A stretch of DNA of 64,000 nucleotides from Oikopleura dioica (taxonomy: Eukaryota; Animalia; Chordata): NCBI GenBank assembly GCA_907165135.1, contig OU015567.1:992001-1056000 (forward strand), read 5' to 3'. Under the pieces are notes generated by a model. It had not been told where the DNA came from. It did no database searches and worked only from the letters and a program-made list of their open reading frames with translations. Positions 25,324 to 38,441 of the stretch are shown here, in pieces; position 1 is the first letter of the stretch; every line of letters starts with the position of its first letter. Made by a program: the position numbers and the translations under genes.

Positions 25324-28300
25324 TTATTAAGGGGAACCCTAGCCATAATTCTGGTTTTTTTTCCTTTTTTTTTTGATAACCCTAAAAATTTTTTTGATGA
25401 AACCTGAAAGAACGCTTAAATTTTCCGCTCGTTGAATAATCATCCTCCTTCTCCTTATTTTCTTCTATCTGCCACTTGAACCCTGCTCTTACTCCGAAAC
25501 CGCGATAGTGAGTAAAGAAAAGATTTCGATTATTTTCTGGAAAAAGTAGTGCAGCGAAGCCTCCCGGTCCGACGGATCATCCGTCATTGGGGATAAGCTC
25601 GCGCCTGATATCGAATAGATTGCCCGTACCCTTCCTTAACATAAACATTTTCTAGAACTCACGCACTCGGCTCTCTTCAAGAGCAAATCTTGTTAGTGCT
25701 TTTCGAATTCGCGCGAATTGGATTCAATTTTCAAATTTGAATTTTGAAATTTCTTAAAAAAAATTTTGAAAATTCTAAAAAACTTAAGTTCAACATCGCT
25801 GAATTGAGTATAGAAGTACTTCGGTATTTCTAGCGTGTTTTCTAATCCTTGCCTAGCAAACAAGTCACTTGCATAATCCGCCGCAGTTGAGGAAGGCAGC
25901 AAGTTATTGACTCTCTTCCTCTCAAGGGATATGGCCACACCTAACTGTACCTCCTTAAGTAATTTTCCAAAAAAAAAACAGTTTTCTTGAAAAAAATCGA
26001 AGCCGCTTCATTTGGGTCGGCTTTATTTTGAGAAAAAAATGTGATTAAAAGCCGCGTAGCGGCTTTTTTGCCCGGAGGACCCCTACTACTGGAAGAATTT
26101 TAAATTGAAGGAAGAATAATCTAATTTTTTATTTTACGAAAAATTCGTGCCGCTTTTTAGCGATTTCAATTATAAAAAAGCCGCTTCGCGGCTTTCTCAT
26201 ATTTTTCACTCGAAGCCGCAAGCGGCTTCTCGATTTTACAAGTCAAGTTTTTAAAACAAGGAGACTGCTCAGTTCCTGATTGAAAATTACATCTCCGCCG
26301 GTCGGGCGAGCTGATTGATTTTCTGTTTTCTAAGCAAACCTCGGTACGTCTAGAGCTGTCGAAGTTGAAAGCCTCTCCGGAGAGAAAGCGAAAGCGAGAG
26401 CGAACTTAAAAACGTTAAGGACATAGCTACCACTTATCTTGACAAGCAGCTTCTCCTCTTTTTTATGCTGAATATGCATCTTTTCAAGGAACTTTTGAGC
26501 AGAAAGGATTCAATTGGAATTCTTATAGTCCAAAAAATCATTATCAGTAAGCGATAAGAAATCGCTTAGAGAAGCAGTACAGTGTTGAAGTACTGACAGG
26601 AGGGTTATCCAATACTGATAAAAGAAAAACGTGAGCGGTTATCTCTTCAGAGGTCAACCAAAGAAGTTACGCTAGAAGTTTTCAGACAAAACTTCCAGAA
26701 CGATTCTAAAATACAAATTCCATCTTCTTTTTATTTTTAGATTTTGATCAGAAATCCAACTAATAATTGTCATTTAAAATCTACTGCTGCTATATTTGTG
26801 GTTTACAGTTTAAATTTTCTATCACATTTTCAAGAATAAGAAATTGGTAAAACTTGAAATAAATAGCGCGATTATGGTTCCTGATTCTACTTCTTTCAAA
26901 CCCTGACTCAGGATTTTCTTCTTGCAAAAAACGAGGTCAGACAATTTTTCCCGCTTATTGATGTCCGCTTAAAAATCAACATGCCGCGTATGCAGGGCTC
27001 GATTTAGAAGTAGAGCTGCAAGTTAGCGCGCTAGAATGTCAAAATATTTATGACATGGTTGAGTTCGGCGTCTCAAAACACACTTCATCTTTCATTTTCC
27101 CGAAAAGGGTAAATATATTACTATTCTCCCAAAAACAATTTCTGACTAATTGAATATCCCTGCATCGAAACGGAACCTTGCTGGTCCAACAAAGCTTGTT
27201 GTCAAAACCCAGCGCCGTGGAAAATTTTTTTGAACATCGCTGTTTTGACTTGAGATATTTTTCGGAGGAAAGAAATTCGTCTTTTTCCGGAATTCGAAAG
27301 AAGGAGAAGAATTTTTGAATTTAAAAATTTGATGATTTTTTTAATTTTTTGAGTCGAAAAAAAATGTTCAAAACATCATCAAAATTCTCAAATGAGGAGC
27401 TCTAGAATCGGCTCTAGAAATCGAGAAGCCGCTTGCGGCTTTGAGTCTAAAGATGAAAAAAGCCGCGCAAAGCGCGGCTTTAAATTTCTTTTGACTCGAG
27501 GCTGCAAGCGGCTTCTCGATTTCTTGAGCCGATTCTAGAGCTGGTTATTTGAGAATTTTGATGATATTTTATTTATTTTGTTTCAAGTCACGTTTGAAGA
27601 TAAAATTCACCGAGCGGATCGAAAAAAGGAGAGAAAGAAAAACCGAGCTGATTTGGGAACGGGCGGCTAGTGGGAAAATGCAGATTGAATGGCTTTATAA
27701 GACATCTGCGGGCGTTCTTCTCGTGAATTCAATTCGGACAGACTTGGAGTGACACCCACGCTCAAAGAAGCGAAAAGCGGATAATTCGACTGTCACTTTT
27801 GGATTTTACAACTGAATTTTCATCCCGTTATTTTTTGGGCAGGGGAATTTTTAACCTGAAGGACCCCTTAAACATTCTTTCTTAAAAATTCTTTAAAATC
27901 ATTCTTGATAAATTTTTCGATGAACCAATCATAAATAAAAGAAAGGCAAAGATGGCGCTGTTTCATTCAAAGCCAATCAGAATCGTCAAAATTTTTATGT
28001 GAATATTTTTGCCAAGAATATTGCATTTTTTGTCGAATTATCTCTTTTTTCAAGAAATCCTGTTTTTTGATCCAATCAGAATCGAGAAAAATCATAATGG
28101 GGGCGCTGTTTTCTATTTTACCGCCAATCATAATTCGTTTAATTCAATATTGTCTTACTTTTCTTTTTAGATAAAAAAGAATTCGTTGGTTTGAGAAACT
28201 ACTGTAAAAAGTCAAAAATAGAAGGTTGAACTTTGCTTTAACTTCTTCCTGTTGCCGACAAAACAGTACCGAAACGCGAAAGAGAACACCTGATAAAATT

Positions 28301-31300
28301 TCAGCTTGACAAGAAAACGGCGATAAGCGCTCAGATATTGACGAGTCGACTTTAGAGGCGAAGTCAAATTGGTGACAGCATGGTAAGCGCAAAGTTTAGA
28401 ATTAGCTTGGCGATTATGGCGCGTTAAATTTCCCTCTCCAAAGACATTTGATGGAGGACTCGAGGCGCGTTTTCACCGCTGAAAATCGCTTTTAGAAAAC
28501 AGCTCATTTGAAATGACGCTCGAGTCATTTTTTTCATCTTCCTTCAAATTTTTTTCCAAGAAAAACTTTTAAACTTTATTCTATTGTAGAGACACCCTTA
28601 AGAATTGACCGAGCGTGCTAACACATCCTTGCCCTAGAACAACTATCGGGCTATATGGGAAGCGAAAAAATTTCAAAAATACTTAAGGGTATCACTCCGA
28701 AATGACTGTTTGAAAAAATCTTTGTATTTGACAGAGGGGTCCTTAATTCATGGACCATGAATATGGTAGACTGAACAGAAAAATTGAGCAAGAAAAAAAG
28801 AGAGTTCGATTGTTATCTACGCCAACCACTGGCGGCTAATGATCCTGCTTAAGACTTCCTGCAACCGGTCGTCGGACATTGGCCCCTCGCTTTACTTCTT
28901 GCGGCTACGTAAGCTATGTGCCAATTTTCCCCGACCGTTAGTGACACGACCTAGGAAACGTAAATTCCAGCATACGTGGGTTTTTCTCCGCTTCTGGAAA
29001 AAATACGAAAAAAAATTTATCGAGAAGCCGCTTGCGGCTTCGAGTCAGAAAACAATTTTAGCCGCGCGAAGCGCGGCTTTTTCATTGTTTTTTTTTTCTA
29101 GAAGCCGCAAGCGACTTCTCGTTTTTTTAGCAAATTCTTGGCGCGAATTCGATTTGAGTATGTGTTTGTTTGTGACGGTTTTAAATCTGTCTTTTTGGCG
29201 AGAGTTGGGTCGAGTTTCGGCTAAGCCGATAAGCGCCGCGGGAGCTCCGGTTGGCGTCCAGGCCCAGATCGAGTTCGACTAACCGTTTGATGTAGCGCCA
29301 CTCGAGCGGCAGGGTCGGGTTGATATGTTTGTGAAATTAAATCATCTTTTCGTGAAATTAAAGAGCTCTTACGAGCGAATAGAATGTTTAGTCTTTTTTT
29401 GAAGGTTTTGAAGAATTTCAATCAAAAGCCGCGTAGCGGCTTTTTGAAAGACGAAGCCGCGAAGCCGCTTCGGAATATAAAAATTAAAATGTATTCGAAA
29501 ATTTTCGCGAAGCCACTTCGCGGCTAAGTTTTTAAAAAAGCCGCTTCGCGGCTCTTCATTCCAGCTTACTGAAATTCAGAAGTCAGCTTGAAAAGCAAGT
29601 TTTCCGATGTTTCTTTTTTCGCAATCAAATTGCACCCAACTTCTAATGGAATTGATCTTACGCGTCTTTGTCTCTTTGCTCTAGAATATTTTTAATGTCA
29701 AACACCTCTGACCGTTTGTTGTCTCCGCAAACGTCATCTTTCAACTTGTGGCGTTTACTATTTTGCCAACTCGCGAACTTCAGCACTAAACATTTTTACA
29801 AATGGGAGAAAAGAGAGAGCCCCTCAACAACTGGAAGCACTCAATTCTCCTTTTAGGGGGACAGTTGGCCGGGCTCTCTAAATGCGCGCTCCCAGGAGCT
29901 CGCTTCCTGGACCCGTGCTTCTGAACACTTGACGAAAACCGCCCAAGAGGCAACTTTGTCAAATCACTTTTTTGATTCGTGTTTTAGGGTTTAACTGAGG
30001 CGAACTTTTGTACAGAATTTTTTACAGAAGAAATATCTTTTTCGAACTTTTATAATTTGGGAGATCTATTTCTCAAAATTTTAAAATTTCAATGATTTTA
30101 TTAATTAGAAATTTTAATTAATAAAAGATTATTTTCCCTCAAATATCGAGAGAATATATAAAAGCCGCTTGCGGTTTCGAGCCGTAGATGTATTAGCCGC
30201 GCAATGTGCGGCTATAACGTTTTTTTGCTCGAAGCCGCAAGCGGCTTTTCGACCGTTTTAAATTATTCTAGAGTTGTCTTTCGAGAAACAAAGCTGAAAT
30301 CATAACCGAATCATTTGCATTTGTCTGCCAACTCAAGTACAAGTTTTGAGCCAAATCTAACTTACAAGAAAGTCTATACATATCTACTTGTAAGAAAAAA
30401 GAAATGTCTCACGTTTTTGCAGATCGCTGCTACTTGAGTATCATGTTTTAAGCTTAGATACCAAATACGGCAAAGGGTGTACAAATAGCGATAAGAAAGC
30501 GAAGCAAAGTGCGCCCAGAGTATCCAGATTCTGCAGAATAAGAAAACCCGAGGCAGGATATTTTTGGCAAAACAAGGAACAAAGAGTGTTTAATTTGTTT
30601 CTTTGCAAACAGAAAATTTAATTGAAATATAATTTAATTCAATTTTTCTGGCTAAAAAAGAAAGTTGTTTCCCTGAAGCGGCTTTCAGACTTTTTTCTAG
30701 AGAAAGCCTTTTTCTTCCCGATTTTTATGTTATTTTACGCAATAAAAATTAAATAAAGAACTTTAATTAATAAAAATTTTTAGTTAAAAAAATAATAAAA
30801 TTTTTCAATATTCTTGCTCTTGTTTATTATCGTACAGAAATTTTACAAAAGCATAAGTCTCAATTGATATGCAAAAAAAATAAAAAAGAGGCGGAGGAGA
30901 AAACGATAAGGTTTCAAATATTCAACCCGTTGTCAAATCTGAGTTAAGTATGGTCCCGGGCACGTTTCAGAAAGTGAATATTCACCTGTCGACTCAGGCG
31001 AAAAAAAACGCGTCTAACGCACCCCAGCTGCTCCCGAACGTGTGCCAAAAGTTCAAGACGACTCCCTCTACTTTCTTTTCCTACAGTAGTTCCTCATCTT
31101 TTTCGAGTCAAAATGACTGTTATTATTTTTTGATGAAAACATCAATTTTAAAAATTCTAACATGGTCAGCATAAAATTGCGGCTTTTCATGAAAATTATT
31201 TTTATGACCCTGAGTCAGGTTTTTGATTGGTTGACGAGCCGAAATTCAGAGGAAAAACTGCTAGAAAATCGCGATTTTTTTCTTGAAAAATGATATTATT

Positions 31301-33013
31301 ATCGATGAAAAACAGTATCATGTGCCCTTAGCGGCTCTATCCGGTAGTATCGATAGCATAAAATCGCTGAAATATCACTGATCGGGATACAATTTTGAGA
31401 TGGAGATCTGATTCGAACCGGTCGAGCCGTTTCCCAAAAGGTTACGCTCCGGACGCACCCTCCGAAAAACTGATAAAATGCCAAAGTTACATAAATAGAA
31501 AAGCTTTATCAAATCTCCGTCAAAAATATTTTGCAGCTGGAAAAACAACCCGTCTTACCTTTCCTTTTCTTCTCGATTTAGATCATGATTGTAAAAATTT
31601 TTAAATTTTGATGTTGTTTATTTTTCGCAGCGCGAAAAAAAAAATCGATCTTTGAAAATGTTTTTGATTCTTTTTTTTTTCATTCGTTGTAGTTCCGCGG
31701 AAAGTTCAACATCAATTTTCAGTTTTTTTTTTGACTTTTTGGAGAGATACCCTTAAGTAAGTAAAATTTTTTTGGAAAATATTTGATACCCGAAAGTATT
31801 TTTTCAAGAAAAATTTCAAAAAATAAGATGAAAAAAAATTTTTTTTTTTTGAAAATTTTTCAAAAATTTGAGAATTTCAAAATCGCAATAACAAGAACAT
31901 GTTTTTCGGTTCTCAAGAAAAAAAACTCCATTTCTCAAAATTGCGCGAGAAAACTAGAAAAATGGGCTTTCTGAACATGAAATTTGGAAAGTAGGTGCGG
32001 GCGACTGGTCATTTGCGAATTGAGCTTTGCGGGATTATCTTCCCACAAAGGCAGATTATCTCAGCGCCAATACGAATTTTTGAGGTCGCACTTTCCAGCC
32101 CAAAAAGATTGGAGCTCTTCCTTTTTCAACGAATTTTTATCGTGTTTTTTATTCATTACTGTAGCAATTTTTTTTTTGAGCCTTTTCGAGAATAAAAAAG
32201 TCCATCAATAAGCCGCTTGAGGCTTTGAGTCAAAAATAAAAAGAAGACGCGGAAAATGCAGCTTTTCTTTTTATTTTTGATCAAAGCCGCAAGCGGCTTT
32301 TTTTTAACAAAGCGGCTTCGCAAAAGAAGCATTTTTCTTGAGGCTTTTTCTGAATAAAAAGCCTTTAAAAAAAGCCGCTTGCGGCTTTGAGTCAGAAATA
32401 AGGAGAAGCCGCAGAAAGTGCGGCTATTCTTTAATTTCTCATCAGAGCCGCAAGCGGCTTTTTTAAACAGAGGGGCGTCGCGAAATTGATTTTTGGATTT
32501 TACTCAATATTTTCGCCAAGCCGCTTTGCGGCTTCTTTACTAAGAAAGCCGCTAGTCGGCTTTTTAGAAAATATTTTTTGGCCCTTATTAAGGTTTTCGA
32601 GCCGAGTGTTGAAGCCTTTAAATTTGATTGAGCCGTTCATTAAAAAAGTCTGTTATTTTTACCTTCAACCCCCTCGGATCGCAATTACGCTCTGAAATTC
32701 CAACCCCCAACTTCTGACATAATCCGATTTCAAACTTTTCTCTGAAAGAATTTTTGAACAAACGCCAAAATATTTTGACGCGTAACGTTCCCAATTTCAA
32801 CGTTACGAATTATTTTGAATTTTTGATTTCACGCAGTTTCGAGCGCTAGAAAAAAAAACCCGCCCGTTGCTGAATTTTTGCTGAACTTTTTGTTTAGACA
32901 GCTGACTGACTATTACTCACGTGACAGAAGAAAGAAGATAAGCGGAAAGCGGAAAACTTCACGAAAAAGAAGAAACTCAGAAAACTCAATCCGAAATCGA
33001 AAGAAACAATAGA

Positions 33014-34668
33014 ATGTCGCTGCTTTCAAGATGGTCGAAGTCGACCGAAAATTTGAGGGAAAAGAGCAAAAAGTGGAACATCGCGCCGATTAACTTGAAA
33101 ACGAAAACGAAGAAGATCAAGGCGAACAAATTGGCAATCAGCAAACCGATTGACTACACTCATACAGCTGGAGTCGACAAAGAAAGGTAAAAATCAGGGC
33201 CGCGCGCGGCTCAAAAAATTGATCGAAAAAAAATGATAAATATTTTTACGGGAAGCCGCAAGCGGCTTTTTTCATGATAAAAAAACGAGCCGCAATTTTA
33301 ATTTTTTTTTCGAGGCGAAAAAAGCCGCCTTAGGAAGCGATTTCAATTTTTTTTCCTTCTTCCATTTTTCGGCTCGAAGCCGCAAGCGGCTTCTCGATTT
33401 TGAGAGTTCGGCTGAAAAAGTTCATCTCGACTTTTATCGCGAAAAAAACTGTAATAGTTACTTATCAGCAATTTCTTACTTTTCAACAAAATCATTAAAT
33501 CCGAAACTCGCCATCTTTTGCTCCTCCGAGCGCGGCTAAAAATCCGCCTGACGCCTCAGCGATCCGGATGAGATTATCAGAAAAGTTCAAGAAATTTAAT
33601 TAAAGTGGGCTTATCTTGCTGCTACTATTCTGTTTCTAGAGCATTCTTGTTTGACCAACATGTGAATTTTTGACTAGAATCTTGGTTTTCTTCCTTGATT
33701 TCAACAAAAATTGCTAAAAATCGAGAAGCCGCTTGCGGCTTCGAGTATGCAAAACACATTCAGCCGCGTTTTCTGCGGCTAAAATATCCTTTTGTTCGAA
33801 GCCGCATGCGGCTTTTTGATTTTTTGAGAAAACTTCTAGAAAACTGTCAAAAGTCTTTGCTTCTTGTCTAAAACCAAATTCTAGAGACGAATGTTTCACG
33901 ATAGACGAGTCCCAACGAATCGTCTGCACAACCGCGGAAATCCTCAAGCGCGAAAAATCTCAACGTCATCTTTCCCGCGACGCGAAACTCTCAGTCGTTC
34001 GCGAAATTCCAGAGCGCGCTCGAGCCGCCAGTCCGATGCGAAAATCGACCAGCAGCGAGGACATTTTCGCGGATATCGAGTCGAAAATTGGCTCGATGAA
34101 TATTTTGGACGACATCATGTCGATGCTGAAGGACACGTGCCCGAGTGTGGCGCAAGAGAGCGTCTTTTCGAGCTCTGCATTGGACAGCACTTTCGACCAA
34201 TCAGACGGCACTTCACTCGGTAAGTTCATTCTGAAAGATGAGTGTTTCAAACTATTTGCAATTGAAGCTGCTTCGACTTGCTACACGTCCGACACCGAAT
34301 CTCGCGGCACAGGATACTCATCTGCTTCCGTGGACGAAACTGAATCCATCACTAAAAGTATGTCTTAAATTATTTTTTTTCGACTTTTTTGATTGTTTCT
34401 GTCCCCATTTTGACCTGAATAACGATTCGAAAGCACTGCTAGAATTCGCGATCGAAAGCATAACAACATTCCGGTTGACATTTTTCGATGTCTCAGCCCT
34501 TCAAATTAGCGTTGTTGTGATTTACCAAACTGACCCTTTTCAGGCATCGCGCTGTCGAACGCGCGCCATCGACGCAAGAATCTCGCCGACCTGGCCTCCC
34601 AAAAAGACTCCTTCTACTCGACGACCGACATTTCCCAGTGCGAAACCGACCGAGAAGTGCCTTTGTAA
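33014..34668 (+). CDS. CRIB-containing Cdc42/Rac effector, Borg/CDC42EP-like
   Basis: Exon 1 (33014-33186) ends in ISKPIDYTHTAGVD, a CRIB-like motif. It splices in phase 2 to ..DIESKIGSMNILDDIMSMLKD, which resembles the Borg C-terminal LGPSxLDEVL motif. The last exon ends ..EVPL*, stop at 34666-34668. Confidence 0.65.
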
Positions 34669-35496
34669 ACCCCCTTTTTCCTCGAACATTTTTCTCACTC
34701 CTTTCCATTTTAACTTCCAATTTTCACAATTTTGCCTTGTTTTATTAATTTATTTTTAAAATATTCGGTTTTCAAAAAATCAAAAAAAAATCATAGATGA
34801 CTCATCAACAAAATTTCGGTCGAAAAGAGCGACAAAATTTTCTGTCATATAATTGGTCAATTTGCTTAATAAAGCATTTTGATTGGTCGCTCTGAACCTT
34901 AAAGTTTTTCCTTAATTTTTGACTCTGAATAAATTCAAGAATCGAAAAACTTGCGAAATAAAAAATCTAAAAATAGTTTTTTTCAAAAAAGTAAATTTTT
35001 AACAATTCTCGAAAACGACAAAAACCGATATTTTTGACGGTCCCCCTCACTTTAACAAAAAACTCCGACTAACTAACAAAAAGAAAAGCACAAGATTCCT
35101 TCCCAAAAATAAGCGAAAATGCAGCTTTGTGTAAAAAACAACGAAATTCATTCAATTATTAACAGATTCGAAAGAAAAACAAAACTGTCCAAATGAAAAA
35201 CTAACTGTACACTTTTGTGACAAACTGCATAGCCTCAAGCTTGAAACCAGACTGTAATATAAATTTTATAAAAAAATAACTTGTTTTGTTCATTCAAAAA
35301 TATTGACAGCAAAGTAACAATTCCTAATCGTAGGAAATTCTAAATCTTAGTTTTTGCTGTATCGTTGCCGCAAAATTGATATAGAATATTTTATAAGGTC
35401 GGTGGCACTTTCAAAAAGCAGAGGAACATTTTCAAAAAGATAATATTCCAGAAGAATCATTCCTTCTCTTGAATTTTTGGATTTTTTTTTCGAAAA

Positions 35497-36729
35497 ATGT
35501 CCAAAGAAAAAAAATATCGTTTATCAAGAACAAAACGACTGAAGTATTATGAAGATGGGAGAGAGAAGAATTTCGTAGCTTATGAAAATGACGACCTTGT
35601 TTGGTCTCAGTCTCTGCCAGAAGTTCCGGTCTGGTCGAACTTCTGGATGATCTGGATTGACGAAAATGATCTGCTCCTTGTGGAACGCTGTAAGACAACA
35701 ATATTCATGGGAGAAAGTACCAGGCGGGATGGGACCGACCACTTCATTCATATTTCTTGGAAAAATAAGAAAGCAAACAAATACCTTTTCCCTGGCCATA
35801 ATATCATGATAAGTTGTATGAATTATATACCGCCGAGAGATTGTCTTTACTTCAAAGAGTCTCCATCAGAACAAACCTTCGATTCAATTGGTTTCGGAGT
35901 TGTGCACAATCAGGTCTACTATCTGAGGCGATCGCCAGATTTTTTTCAAGTTCAAACTCAAGAGAATCAAGAAGAACGATCTAAATTTTATTGTCTTGGC
36001 GTTCTTCATGAAGAGGATGAAGAAAACAACTTCCGTGATAACATTTTCTGCTTCATAAAAGCACGGTTTGAAGTTGAGCTGGAAAAGAACAAACTTTATG
36101 TCACGGAATGGTGCAAAAATTCGGATTTCAACGAACTTGATTATTATGAAAAACGGGACCTTTATCTTATAGATACTGACGCTGATTTTGAGGAAGAAGC
36201 GAGCGATTCTGACGATGAAGTCCAGGGAAATATTGATCTGGAAGACGAAGGCCTTAATATAGAAGGTAATGAAGAAAATTGAAATTAAAAAAATAATAAA
36301 ATAAATGACCTAGAAGATAAGACAACGGACAACTCAGACTTGGAGCAGGTTGATGACAAGGAAGTAATTGACGGAACTGACGAAGAGGAGGAAGAAGAGG
36401 AAGAACATCGTCTTTTGTATCGAGTTCGATTGGTAGATTTTCTTGACATGGTAAAAACAGATGCTGTGAAAAACGAACTTGTTGAGTACAAATGCGGAGA
36501 AGTCACCAAACAAGCAACTTGTATCGAAATTTGTAAGATTTACAATATAATATCGTTTGTTTCTCATTTTCCGCCTCAAATTTGAAAACTTTTGTATTGG
36601 CGAAAATTTGTATTTTTAGCCTCCTTACCATCAATCCACGGCGATGACGGTCAGTTGATAAATATCAAAAAAGCAAGAAAGAAGGAAGTTTCAATAAACT
36701 GGTTTTTCTACGAAGAAGACCATGATTGA
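35497..36729 (+). CDS. Hypothetical acidic protein (3 exons), no recognised domain
   Basis: A 261-codon ORF plus two phase-1 GT-AG introns gives a continuous frame with D/E tracts. Stop TGA at 36727-36729. Confidence 0.75.
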
Positions 36730-36973
36730 ATAGTAGTCGGCGGAATTCCAAAAACACCAAAAAAAAAACAAAAATATTTGATTCTTGATAAACTTCTTTT
36801 TTTTTGTAAATTCAATTTTATTTCAATAAATATTCATTTTTTAATTGTTACAGATCTCATAAATATTTGAAACTCAAAAGATGCAAACTGTGGCAGGCGA
36901 TAAGCTCCTACAGAGTCTCGAGCCAAAAGAATGATAAGAAAGGCCAAGAGTAGAGATTTTCTCAAAGAGAAAG

Positions 36974-38417
36974 ATGCTGTCTTTAGCAGCGGATGCGATC
37001 TTTGCAAATGCGAAGACGAATACTGGCGACACGAAAGTCTCAAAAGCAAGTTTGCCTAACGACAATATTGTCACTCTTCTCGCTGTCGGGTAAGTCGTCA
37101 AAAAGAAAATGAAAAATGTGGAAAATTATTTTTATTTTTCAGCTCGCCAATTTTACTGATTTCTTTTGCTCTCGTCTTTTCTCCAAATCTCGCAACGGAA
37201 AATGGTCTTCGCTGCGCACCAACAAGTCCGATGAAAAATCGATTTTACGTAAGCAAATTTTCGATTGAAAAATTTTGAGTTTTGCAGATGTACAATTATT
37301 GCTGGGAAAACTTCAATCACTACGAGTTGAATTTCACCGAAGATGGGCCGGTTGAAGTTGGAGAGCCGAGATGGATGATTCATCATAAAGCTTTTCCTTA
37401 TGCTTTCTTTCTTTTTGCTTTTATTCTTGGTATGCCAGCGATAAATTGGGTCCTCGCGTACAGTGATAATGTCAAGGTACCCTAACTTCGGCCCTCCTTC
37501 AATTTGAATTATGAATTCTAGCGCCAAGCGACTTATATCATGAGTGGTTTGGAAGAAGCCCTCGCTTTGACTCTTTCTTTGATGAGCGATTTGGTTCAAG
37601 AGAAAAACAGAGAGAAGACTACTGAAAATGTCAAAGACAGAATGAATGGTCAGTTTATTTTCACCTTGATTGAAATTCGGATTTTAGCCATGTTGGAGAA
37701 AAACTACTCGGAAGAAATCGACATCAAATTCAAGGCTTTCAAGAAATATTTGCAGAAGAAAAATTCTAGCACGAAACTCGCCAGGGCATTTATTCAGCGA
37801 CGGATCTTTACCCTTGTGCTTTTGATCCTCGTCGGGATTTTCATGTACGAGATTTATTATTTGGACAATCAGGACTTTTTCAACTGCAAATTGAAGTATC
37901 AGCCGCTTGGAACAGGTAAGAGAAAGGAGAATGCCGTAGAAAAAAGAGGATTTTAGTCGGGGATGGGGTGGATTATGTTAGATGCTCGATTGGAGATGTT
38001 TCGACGAGAAGACTTTTGGTGCAAATATATTTGTGCATTATTGGAACTTGCTTTGTTGGAATCTTTTTTATCACGATTAAAGGTATAAAAATGAAATGAG
38101 TTTTTTAATAAGAATTTATGTTAGATGCTGTCAATGCCCATCGAGCCTTCAAACTCCTCGAAATGATCCCAATTATCGACGAAAATGAAATCCACAACTC
38201 CGCCAATTTCTTCGGTCTGCGAGACATTCACATTCTTCTTTTCCTTGCCAAGTCAAATTTCTCCGAAAACGAGCTGTTCAAGACCTGCCACCGAGCATAT
38301 GAAATGTCGAAAATGACGAATATTCCTTACGAAAACATGATCGAAACGATCGTTTCCTGGGGCGAAGAAGACGAGGCTGATAAGGACGCTGCTGAAGTTC
38401 TTGAATCTCTTCAGTAA
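36974..38417 (+). CDS. PANX1: Pannexin-like (innexin/pannexin family) channel
   Basis: Spliced product: MLSLAADAIF..DNIVTLLAVGSPILLISFA..C..YNYCW..HHKAFPYAFFLF..PAINW..YIMSGLEE..KYLQKKNSSTKL..RRIFTL..FNC..KLLEMIP..LRDIHILLFL. This matches pannexin TM1, YCW, HKFFPY, FIMEELD and C-terminal motifs in order. The symbol is family-level only. An optional extra exon is possible at 38465-38537. Confidence 0.85.
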
Positions 38418-38441
38418 ATAAAGGACTTATTGAAATATTTT

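Larger units (their letters stand above)
20360..33845. repeat. Dispersed GCCGC-palindrome triplet family (family P), 11 or more clusters
   Basis: Clusters near 20360, 21787, 22771, 26049-26230, 27398-27542, 29024, 29426, 30161, 32210-32560, 33198-33395 and 33726. The typical unit is AAGCCGCTTGCGGCTT - spacer - AGCCGCGC..GCGCGGCT - spacer - AAGCCGCAAGCGGCTT. Confidence 0.9.

Noticed and set aside
31310-31500. Stop-codon reassignment or readthrough suggested by in-frame TGA in protein-like frames
   Set aside because: Other broken frames use TAG (~11490, ~54760), and well-supported genes end in TGA, TAA or both types of context normally. Pseudogene decay or chance is simpler.
19555-33845. Family-P palindromes as rho-independent terminators or bacterial REP elements from contamination
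   Set aside because: Some sit within putative spliceosomal introns (e.g. intron 1 of the CRIB gene) and among eukaryotic MITEs, with no prokaryotic operons. The REP resemblance is only an analogy.
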